From Iphione sp. A-MEVVRFRX5 (taxonomy: Eukaryota), in contig OZ320318.1 of assembly GCA_976226885.1 (NCBI GenBank), forward strand, positions 25,854,001 through 25,918,000: DNA of 64,000 bases. The letters run 5' to 3'. Made by a program: the position numbers and the translations under genes. Shown piece by piece: positions 42,370 through 52,168 of this stretch (position 1 is its first letter; every line of letters begins with the position of its first letter). The notes under the pieces are model-generated. The model was not told where the DNA came from. It saw only the letters and a program-made list of their open reading frames with translations, and did not search any database.

Positions 42370-43150
42370 GGTTTGCAAGTCCGCAAAATCATTACTGTGT
42401 ACTACCGAGCAGTGGAGATGATTTATATATGGCAATTGATCGGATACAAGAGGTCTAAATAGGAATGACTGTCTGACAGTAGTAAAATTCAGATGAGTAT
42501 ATAAAAAAGAGTAAATCTATGCCCTTTAGTGATTCCCCATTCGCTGCATGCCGAATCCAGATATTGGGGTCAAGCGGTAGAGCCTCTACCTATCGATACC
42601 TAGGGGTAAAATTGGATCAAACGCTAAGCTTTGTACACAGATACCGATGAAATGCATGGGCCGGTTAACGATAAGATCTATCATTTAAGGAGAATATCTT
42701 GAGATAATAGGAAAAGGACAGGATAATATGGGGAAAGGCAATGATTTTCCCGATCATAGAATATGGCATCGAGGACGTAGGAAAAACGTACAGTGGTTAT
42801 TTACAGGAGGCTTTATAGATTGTAAAACAAGGTGATTAGGACAATAGTGGTTCGATTGCATTGCACGCGGAGAGAGAGGCTTGCACTTTCAGGGATCTAA
42901 ACCAACGAGAGAAGGATATGGATGGCCAATTAGCTATAAGGGCTCATTACACTTCGCGTTACAGTTTGCCTCAAGGGCTTGAAAATTTATCGGTCTATAA
43001 ATTGAGAGCAAAATGCCTGACATATATTAAATGCTAACCACAAATAAATGAGCGATGGGTTAAGCGAGGGACGGACTCAGTAGGTGTTGTCTATTGACGA
43101 TTCATGGAAAATGGATTAGTCTTAGCGGGCATCGTCTATCATGAATTGAC
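42370..43150 (+). mobile_element. Decayed LINE RT C-terminal fragment
   Basis: YRYLGVKLDQTLSF at 42591-42632, then KIYHLRRI and AMIFPIIEYGI; upstream SGDDLYMAIDRIQE resembles the post-YADD segment. Confidence 0.75.
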
Positions 43151-43830
43151 CATTAGACATTATACAAACTATCAAGACTGGTAAGCTTGATGTAAGATAG
43201 GTTTCCACTCAAAGAACATATTTGAGTAGTTAACACTTGGTAGGCGTCATCTCCCTGTTTGCATTCTGCAGAACTATGTGCCGTGTATTTCAAAGTATTG
43301 AGTACAACCAGTAGTATATGGATTGTATAGAAACATCATATTCATACTTCATTGTCCATTATTCGTCGTTATAGTTTCATGCATATATGTTTCATTATCT
43401 TGCGTTTTTACTGGTGTGGGAAAGAACTTGTACACCACGACTATAAATAATATTTATGTATGATCTACTTAGGACAAAGGTATAGCTAAAGGATGATGTG
43501 TACAAAGTCGCAACGTGCCAATTTCTATCTCTGAAAGACGTCTCACAGGCATGCAAGAAATAATCAAGATACGCAGCCGATATTCAGTTAATGCCGGTTT
43601 CTACATGTATTGCACAAAATCACTAAATTGTAATGTAATATATTGTTCATGTCACAGTGTGAATGATAAACAATCGATTGTTCCAGTGGTCAGTGTAATA
43701 TAAAAATAAGTAGGATGCTGCAATGCTTAACCAGATGACTGATTTGACGTACGCGGTGCCACCAAGGGAATTGGTTGGAGCGGTCGGAGGTACAAAGCGT
43801 TTGGGTTGAAAATAAAAGTTGCCATACCCA

Positions 43831-43989
43831 CAGGCCCGTAGCCAGGAAGTCTTCTGGGGGGTATCGGAAGATACCCCCAAATACTCTACATGTGGAGCTA
43901 ATTTATTTTTACCTCTATAAAAGTCTATTGGCATTAATGGTTTGGGGGTATCGGACGATACCCCCGATACCCCCTTGGCTACGGGCCTG
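43831..43989. mobile_element. 159-bp MITE with 14-bp TIR and 6-bp TSD
   Basis: CAGGCCCGTAGCCA ... TGGCTACGGGCCTG; TACCCA at 43825-43830 and 43990-43995; subterminal GGGGTATCGGA..GATACCCC palindromes at both ends. Confidence 0.9.
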
Positions 43990-44437
43990 TACCCATGATA
44001 TGTACCTTGACTTATCAGTTGAATAGGATTTCTTTCGTTCAAACCGTCTCCTTATCCAGATCTACCGTCATTATACGAAATACTGAACAAATCGTCCATA
44101 ATCGTCCATAATCTATATAACATCATAATTTTCAGTTCCTAAGGCGCAGATAAAAAAAATCTGTTTCTCTTACAAGTCATCGTACATTCAATAACTGTTT
44201 CTTAAGGTCTCGCCCAGTGTAGCGACCGATACGCTGCAGATATGTTCAGCTGCACTGTTATAGCGAATAGGAAATCTTATCTGGTGCAAAATATACGCCT
44301 GAGATATCACTGGCTGCTATCGTGTTTACCTCTCCGCAACAAAATCATATATAAGCATATTGTATTATCTGTTGCATAACTAGACGTGCTCAATACCTAC
44401 TTTCAACAATACATTTGATCTTCTATTACCTTTTCAG

Positions 44438-45176
44438 ATATATCGCCATCGTCCACCCCATCCAAGCCCACATCTTGTGTAGTCGACGGCGTATAGTTCT
44501 CGCCATCTCCATCATCTGGCCAGTGGCGCTGATGCTGGCCCTGCCCACTGTCCTCTTCAATGTGGTCCGTCGTCCTCATCCCGGCTTCCAGGTCGAGTTG
44601 TGCGTGATACACTTTCCCGGCGACCACGTCAGCTTCCGCATCGGCCACCAGTTCACCGAGTTCGCCCTCTTCTTCTTCGGGCCGGTCGTCATCCAGAGCA
44701 TCCTCTACGCCATCATCTGCAAGCAGCTGTTCGTCGGCACGAACGAGCTGCACCGCCGGCCGGTGGTCAGCCGGGCCGACGGCCACCGCGAGAGAGACTC
44801 GGACGCCATTCGAGCCCGGAAAGGCGTCGTCAAGATGCTCATCGCCAGCGTGATGATCTACTTCTTCAGCTACGCGCCCGTGCAGCTCCCCTTCATCTAC
44901 AGCGCCATCAGCTCGCGGCGCTTCCCCGGCAACTGGTCCTTCCACGTGCTGGTCGTGACGCTCGGCTACGTCAACTCGGCCGCCAACCCCATCCTCTACT
45001 GCATCTTCAGTCAGAACTTCCGCCGCAGCTTCCGGCGCGCGCTTTGCTCCTGCCTGCGCCCCAAGCCCGGTCACATCTCGCAGACGGGCGAGACGTCGCT
45101 CTGCCCGCGGGGGGTCGTCCGCTTCGGCAGCGTGCGCGGTCAAACAGCCACGACCGCCCTCATCTCGGAGGCGTAA
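44438..45176 (+). CDS. Same GPCR, coding exon 2 (end of TM3 to C-terminus); joined CDS 1224 nt, 407 aa
   Basis: Acceptor ttttcag|A at 44437/44438 completes AG+A = Arg, giving ERYIAIVHP. TM4 IIWP, ECL2 Cys (ELC), TM5 FFGP, TM6 SYAP, TM7 NSAANPILY, helix 8 FRRSF, LCSCL, stop TAA at 45174-45176. From memory it resembles invertebrate orphan receptors annotated as npr-15-like or trissin-receptor-like (unverified). Confidence 0.95.
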
Positions 45177-47013
45177 CGGACGAGACGCACGGGTACTTAA
45201 CCGTCCGATCGATCGTATGACCTCTGACCCAATGACTGGGGAGACGATGACTGGGGAGTCTTTTCAAACCCACATCACCTGGGATGATCTCAAACTAATG
45301 AAAACCTAACGGTTCAGACCACAGAATGGTCTGAACTGGTCAGTATTTATAGACGTATTCGCAACGTAAACATGGATCCGAGAGCGATGTACATATTTTT
45401 CTTAGATTAGAGTTCATCGAAGACAAAAAACACATGCCAAATCTGTTAGATTTTAGCTTATGAAATAGATTGATCAATCGACTTTCTTTTCAAAAGTAAA
45501 TTGACCTAATCCGTGTTCATCCAAATCAATATTGACCTAATCAGCATAGTTCTGAGGCAACTTTAACGTTATTATGAATCACCCTTTTAACATGTAGCGC
45601 GCCATTCAAATCGCAACGATATCTGTCTTTTACGACGGGAGAGAAGGGTGGTGGTGGAAGTGCTGCAACAGATCAGGTTCGTGAATCAAATGCCTGTTAT
45701 ATTAAAAAACCTTTCAACATGTGAACATATTCACGCCCCCCCCCCGACATATTTGGCGTACAGGTGTTTCAACGGCGTCATACTACGGTGTCGAAGGAGA
45801 TGGATATACAATCGACGACTGGAAGAGAGGTATAGAATTGCTTTTCCTCCCACGTGTGATAAACACCGACGACGCAATCTCTACACAAATGGGTGCAAAC
45901 GGTGGTCGGGTGGCTGCTGGTTAATGGTACTAGTAACTGCACTCTGTATCGTCGGATCCTGATGTGTACCGTGAAGTATGCGGCCATATGGTTAGGCCTC
46001 GCAGATTAACACAAATGATACTCGGCGAACCCATATGACTATTCATTTGCATATTATGTGTACTCCAGTGGTATGGATTTCCGTATGTGATACATGTATT
46101 CATACTGTTTGTGTCGGTATGTATGCAGATGGACGTTGTTAGGTCTGATATCCCAAGCATGCTGCTAAGGCTCGTCTAGATTTACCGGGTAATGGTTATC
46201 ACACTAGATCTTCACAAAGGTAGCTTCATCATTTCGAGTCACTGTTTTAAATGACACCCAAGTGGTAGCTTTAGCCCTATGGTGCAGTGTTATTCATACA
46301 TCTCAGTGGGACCATTCAGACGACCTCGTATAATAGATCAGTGACATATAGGTATACATGTATACAATTGTTCCCTCATTTCATTCCGATCTTATACTTG
46401 TCTTCGTGTGTGGCTGGCAGCGTTTGGATATGTATTTATGTAAACTTTGTTGCACGTTTATCTTAGTGTTTTTCCGCGTAGATGACTCTAAGTATAGGAC
46501 TGTCCATATGGACACGTTTTTCCTACTTTTGTTGCTGAAGTCCATTTAGGGTCTCCTAGTCAAACGCTATTCTTTCCTGCATGTTTCCCGCACCTCGCCC
46601 GATAATTTGTCGGAAATTCTGATATTCCGGTATGTACGTAAATATATACGCAGTAGACTCGTTTTCGATGTGAGCGATTCACTTACACAACCTGGCTCAG
46701 CAAAATGAAAGGAACCGAAATAAATTGTCTGTCTGATACGTGGATTTGCCGAAATAGTACGATTTTAGCTAACGACAATGCGAACGACATTAGTAGCGTC
46801 AGTACTCTGTTGTAATGCATGTATATTATGAAGAATATATCAGACTAGAGATGATTTTAGGTTAAAGCTAGCCAAAATGTCCATACAAAGGCGTATTTTA
46901 TTTAACGGTCTTTCAAGCTGGCGGAGGTGTCACGTGTCTTGATTGTATTGAGTTTGATATTTAGGAAGTTATTAACGCAACTGCCTTTCTTCTAGTTTAT
47001 CTAGTTTAGCTCA

Positions 47014-47346
47014 GGTCTATTAGAAATATTTGTGTTTCCGGTAACCCGACGGACCCTTACTTCTGAGCTTTTGCAACTTTAAAAAAAAATTATTTTGCCA
47101 ATATCTTGAAGACAAATAATTCTACAGACTCATACAATACATCCCTTTCTTGCTTAGGTCATTGGCTGTCATATGATGTAATTCTCAGTAAGATCCAAGC
47201 AGAGGGAGTTGCAATATCACGCTTGGAAACATATGTTTGTTTTTTGAGGCACCATTAGATATGAAAAATGAAAAACAAAACACCTACCCAGCAACCCTAT
47301 ATTTTTCAGCATGTCACTAGAAACACATATATTTTTCTTTTAGGCT
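47014..47346. mobile_element. PIF/Harbinger-like MITE, copy 2 (same family, opposite orientation)
   Basis: Start ggtctattagaaatatttgtgtttccggtaacccgacggaccc resembles the reverse complement of the copy-1 right end; 3-bp TSD TCA at 47011-47013 and 47347-47349. Confidence 0.72.
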
Positions 47347-48966
47347 TCATTTAGATTCATCATGCTTGAGAGGCGTCAGATTTGATTGGTGAACTGTCAA
47401 CACTGCTCACTTTTCAAGGGCAGTGTAGGGTAGTTTTTCTGGGAAGAAATTGGATATACATGAACACTGATATGGTTAACCCTTCGTTTGATATCAAAAG
47501 GGAACACTAACGAGCCGAATGAAATGGCCGGAGTTACTTTGGAGAATATTATTATTTCTTGTACGAATACTGTTGTTGTTTGTAAAGCATTAAAGAGAGT
47601 GAACATAGTCTTATAGTTACAGATTTTTTATTCAAATCAATAGTTTACTGTTTTCAGAAAAACATTTTCCTTCCCAAGACACATAAACTGTTAACAATTC
47701 CCCATACGAAGCTGGAAGCAGGCCTGTCTTGGTTACCAACAGAAGACTTCTGAGGCTGTCTTTCTCTAAATTCAAAGGTCTCCCCAAGTATATATATATA
47801 TGTATATTTTTAAATACTTTATTTTAACTGGAATTGAGGATACATTTCTGTATGCAGACCTAGTACATCCTTTTTGCTTAACCACGAAATGGCTCAATAT
47901 AGGGAAGTGAGACGAAGGAATGTAGTGATTGAAAAATTGATACTGGCTGTACTCAGAGTTGTCACCAGTAATACCAACAGTATGAAAAAAACATTTCTGT
48001 TACATCTCCAGTTCATTGCAACATTGTAGGGATCTAAGGGATATAAGGAATTAATTGCAGTGACATAGCCTTTTGCCCTTCCCTTCATAAGTCTGTATCT
48101 TTGTGTGACATAATTACCTTGCAATACATATTTTCTATGATCACATATGATTAAATATGAGGGTATTGGCTGGGCCCCTTGATCTATTAGCTATTCAGAA
48201 ACGTGGCACGTTCAGAAGACCGCGCTTGTTAACAGTATATAGAGTTTACCAATTTATAGCAGAGAGCTCGAAAGGAAAGGACATTTACATCATAGTTAAA
48301 CTGTATATTAGATGTTCATTTGAACATGCAATGTATGCTCAGTTAAAACGACGTTTGTTTGCCTTTCGATCTGTCATTTATCTTCACGTGACTTTACTAA
48401 GTTTAAAATCTGATTTCCTTAAGCATGTGCTTATTCGAAGCATGGTCTTAATATGCAAACGATTTTCTCTAAACATACCACCGGGATTAAATGTCTGACG
48501 AATATGAGAGAAAAGTCTGCTACACAGTTACGTTACAGCTAAGTGCATCAATAAATTGCGTTTTGAATGTAAAACAGTATAATGAAGCCATTACCTATTT
48601 CGAAAACACCGTAAGGAATTTGTCCATACTTGTTTGACATGTGACAGACAGAATAAGTAAAGGTAAACTCTACAACCATTGCCGATCTTGGACTGGAGCA
48701 AGACAAACCTTGATGGAAATGTGAAGAATGGGGCCTTCTCCAAAGGATATCTGCTGTATACTACTGTCTGTTTGTGTCAGTATACTTAAATTATTGATCT
48801 GGGACTGTTAATGGTCAAGGGACCTCACCAGACCTCAACACACATGGACACAATTGGCACCATTCACCACATATCAATGATTCAATAAAAATGTAGACAA
48901 ACACACAAAACACACACAAACTCACACGGATATCAACACATGGAAGGAAACTGAGCTTAACTATGG

Positions 48967-49125
48967 CAACAATCATTTACAGGACAGGTCTTACAGGGGT
49001 GCATTCCCAGCATGGGGAATTAGGTGGACCAGAGGGAAACACTTACAATGACAACAATCATTAACAGGACAGATCCTAAAGGGATGCATTCCCAGGATGG
49101 GAGTCAAGGGGAGACACAATTAATG
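48967..49125. repeat. Two-copy diverged tandem repeat, period 85 bp
   Basis: caacaatcatt(t/a)acaggacag(g/a)tc...tgcattcccag(c/g)atggg at 48967 and 49052. Confidence 0.75.
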
Positions 49126-49650
49126 GAACTATTCTCAGGTATTTATTTGCTCTATATCCTTGTAGAGTGCATTTGTCATATCCTCTACTCGGGCCAACTA
49201 AGAAATTACCTTCAATCCCTTCAATACCTTGACTTGTTTGGAGAATTTCACTGAAATATGCTAATGCAGCTGTCCCATAATTCTCTATTAAGTTTAGATG
49301 TAGCACTTTGTTAGGGCCGTACGCTCAAGGCTCCTCAGTCCGACCAAATCAGTTGCAGCTCATTCGTCTCAATCTCAGTTTAATTCTTGCATACTCCTTC
49401 TCTGAAAGTACCGAACTTGTCAGTATATTTACAGCATTAGTGGAAAGACTAGGTACCATGGAAAAAACTTGAAGAAATATGAAGCTAACTGTAAATGTCA
49501 ATTGACCAGAGCCGAATATTGTAGAGACTTCAGCAGCAGAGTAACATTTTGCAAAACTAAATTGACCGCTTCTAGAAATGTTTGAACGAGATACAAAAAT
49601 CGTTAAATAGTGAAGGTCATGAAATTTAGGGAAAATAATGAGATTAGTAT

Positions 49651-49914
49651 TGTGGTGCTGCGGAGTGCGGCGCCAGGAGGCAACCCCCGGTGCTGAGTGC
49701 TGCACGTGGAGTGCGGCACCAGGACGCACCGGGGAGTGCGGAGTGCTGCACTCCCCATCCCCCCCTGCCCCTTGGGATGGGTATATAAGGGGCTGCTGAG
49801 GGAGGAGATTCATTCTGGTTAGAGCCACCGTGCTGTTCACATCTGTTGTTGGAATAAACCCCCATTGTCTACAAACCCTAGTCATGTCTTTATTACGTAA
49901 TGGCAAGCGCTACA
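49651..49914 (+). repeat. 5' LTR (264 bp)
   Basis: TGTGGTGCTG...GCGCTACA; TATATAA at 49782-49788 and AATAAA at 49853-49858. Confidence 0.95.
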
Positions 49915-49915
49915 T

Positions 49916-49933
49916 TGGTGGCAGCAGTGGGAT
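49916..49933 (+). promoter_or_regulatory. Primer-binding site, tRNA-Leu type
   Basis: TGGTGGCAGCAGTGGGAT begins 1 nt after the LTR; its reverse complement ATCCCACTGCTGCCACCA resembles the 3' end (with CCA) of eukaryotic tRNA-Leu. Confidence 0.85.
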
Positions 49934-50075
49934 CTCGCCTGCCGCAGGACATGGCCGGGGTCAGCCGCTGGGAAGGGGACGCCGACGGTGGCCGGCCGGG
50001 GCACCGGAAGTATCTGGGGACTCGGATCAGTGGGACAGTGACGGAATGTCGAGCTCGGACGATGAAGTCTAGCTG

Positions 50076-50400
50076 GGCCGCACGCCGCACAGCCGCACGC
50101 CGCTCAGCAACGAGCCGCACAGCCGCACGCCACAGAGCCGCACGCCGCACAGCAACACGCCACACAGCAAGGGACAGCATCGCCACCAGCCGCACAGCCG
50201 CACGCCGCTCAGCAAGGGGCCGCATCACCACCAGCCGCACAGCCGCAGGCCGCCCAGCGGGGGAACCAGTGGGGGGCCGCATCGCCACCAGCCGCACAGC
50301 CGCAGGCCGCCCAGCGGGGAGCCGCGTCGCCGCAGACCGTTCAGCGGGGGGACGCTTCGCCGCAAACTGCGCAACCTCAGGATGCGCCGGGGGATGCCGC
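50076..50400 (+). repeat. Degenerate tandem repeat in the gag position of the LTR element
   Basis: Repeated AGCCGCACAGCCGCA(C/G)GCC units, reading as PHSRTP/QPHSRR or SRTAARR depending on frame. Confidence 0.8.
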
Positions 50401-50723
50401 CCAGCCACACGCCACAACACCACCCCATCTAGTCGGGCCTGGGACAGGGTCAGGACCGACCGGCAGCGCTAACAGTAGCCCTAGGTCCACGACGACACTC
50501 CCCAGTTCTGCGCGGACAGAAACGTAGAACGATCATGGACAGCTAGTACGAGGCCTGCGGGACAGTTGGGTTGGGTGACGGCCACCTGGGCGCTGACGCT
50601 TGGAAAACCCGCGGGGATGCTGACCAAGGGCAACCAACGGTTCGAGGAATGGTCGGGAATCCGGGTAGTGCAGGCGGTGGTGCGTCCGGCTGAGCGAAAG
50701 CTGCTGGTGCCAGTATGGAACCC

Positions 50724-51352
50724 GGACCCCCTAGAGCCTTGCATTCAGACCAAGGGTGGAATTTTGAGGCTGAACTCTTCGCAGAGGTGTTACGATTACT
50801 GGGAATCGAGAAGTCCAGAACCACACCGTATCACCCCCGAGCAGATGGGGTGGTAGAGCGTTTCAACAGGACACTTGCCAACATGCTGGCCACACTGGGG
50901 GAGGAGAGACAGGCAGATTGGGACTTGGCACTTCCCTTCGTGATGGCCGCATATAGGGCCACCCCTCACAGCACCACTGGGGTGTCCCCCAACTGGCTAA
51001 CCTTGCACCGAGAAGTGACCACGCCGGCGGAACTATGCTACGGGTACCCGGAGAGGGCGGCAGTAGCGAGAAGAGAGTACGCATGGCAGGCGGAGGAGGA
51101 AGTTCGTGAGGCCCACCAGCGGGTCGCTTGCAAGCTGAACAAAGCAGCCGAATTGCGACAGGATTGTTATAACCAAAAAGTAAGGCCCCAGGAGTATTTG
51201 GTGGGGCAGAGTGTGTGGCTCTTCACCCCGCTGAGGAAGAAGGGGGTGTCTCCTAAATTTCAGAGCTGGTGGAGGACCGATTGTCGGCGGTGATCTACCG
51301 AATAGGGAGAGGCGCTCGCAGGAGGGTGGTGCATGCGGACCGACTGAAACCT
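50724..51352 (+). pseudogene. Integrase core plus C-terminal domain remnant, N-terminally truncated and frameshifted
   Basis: LHSDQG...TTPYHPRADGVVERFNRTL with exactly 35 residues between D and E. The HHCC finger and first catalytic Asp are absent. Near 51270 the frame shifts where the GPY/F motif is expected (SWW in one frame, DRLSAVIYRI...VVHADRLKP in another). Confidence 0.9.
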
Positions 51353-51744
51353 GCGGTGGGTGATATCGCTGTAGCGGCGACTGGATTACCCCGGAAGGCC
51401 GCTGCAGAGTCCCAAAGGCAGCGCAGAGTACGCGTTGTGGAACGGTGCCAAGGGAATACACCAGAGGGCGCCGCGACGAGGCAGGGTGCTGCGGAGGCCG
51501 AGTGGGCTGCTGCGGAGTTATGCCGCTTCTCTTCCACAGATGGCGCCATGTTAACAATGAACGTTCCCCGCAGCGTCTCTGGCAACCTAAGCGCACGCCC
51601 TGAGCCTCCTCGCACCACATTCCCAGAGCTTAAAGTCGTTGTCAACTCGATCTCTCATCAAGCCAGCCAGAGAAATACGCCTCTGCTTCCCCTGGTTCAT
51701 AAGGATTCTGCCATAAACGAGGTAAGACACGGTAACTCCAGATA

Positions 51745-51915
51745 TTTGTCTCGGCAGCTGAGCAATAATCAGGGAGGACGAACCATATCGTGTCTTGTTA
51801 GGCTGCAACACTTCAGTAACGGTGCCCCAATTATGCATTTGTCTCTGCAGCTGAGCGATAATCAGGAAAAGCAAGCCATTTCGTGTCTTGTCAGTCCACA
51901 ACATTCCAGTAACAT
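51745..51915 (+). repeat. 93-bp diverged tandem duplication between integrase and accessory ORF
   Basis: tttgtctc(g/t)gcagctgagc(a/g)ataatcagg...tcgtgtcttgt at 51745 and 51838. Confidence 0.75.
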
Positions 51916-52131
51916 TGCCGCATTTGTGCGAATTTGTGATCAGAAGCCACAAGTTGCAGCGGCGAGTAGTAAGCCGCTGTGGAGTAATGAGAGATTGAAG
52001 TCATTTAAGCCGCAACGTAGTCGCAAGCCGCACGCGGTCTCAAGGATGGCCGCTGCGGAGCCACTGCAGACTCCGATGTGGAGTGCGGCACGAGAGAGTA
52101 CTGTACGAGGAACGAATTTGACAACAACCTG

Positions 52132-52157
52132 TACTAATTCGCCCTTATTCCCCGTAG
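52132..52157 (+). promoter_or_regulatory. Candidate branch point and 3' splice site upstream of the accessory ORF
   Basis: TACTAAT (52132-52138), pyrimidine tract tcgcccttattcccc, TAG ending at 52157, ATG at 52169. Confidence 0.6.
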
Positions 52158-52168
52158 GCTCAAGCGTG

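Larger units (their letters stand above)
1028..44437 (+). other. 43,410-bp phase-2 GT-AG intron of the GPCR
   Basis: GTGAGT donor and polypyrimidine-CAG acceptor join the two halves of the 7TM fold in frame; I saw no missing TM segment that would need an intervening coding exon. Confidence 0.88.

Noticed and set aside
42562-42590. tRNA D-arm-like GGGGTCAAGCGGTAGAGC
   Set aside because: Lies inside the LINE RT remnant; no T-arm or acceptor stem.
44403-45220. 246-aa antisense ORF and 206-aa alternative-frame ORF over GPCR exon 2
   Set aside because: Shadow ORFs expected from very high GC3; no protein motifs.
49349-49906. Minus-strand ORFs duplicated at 54689-55423
   Set aside because: They simply run through the LTR copies; no coding signal.
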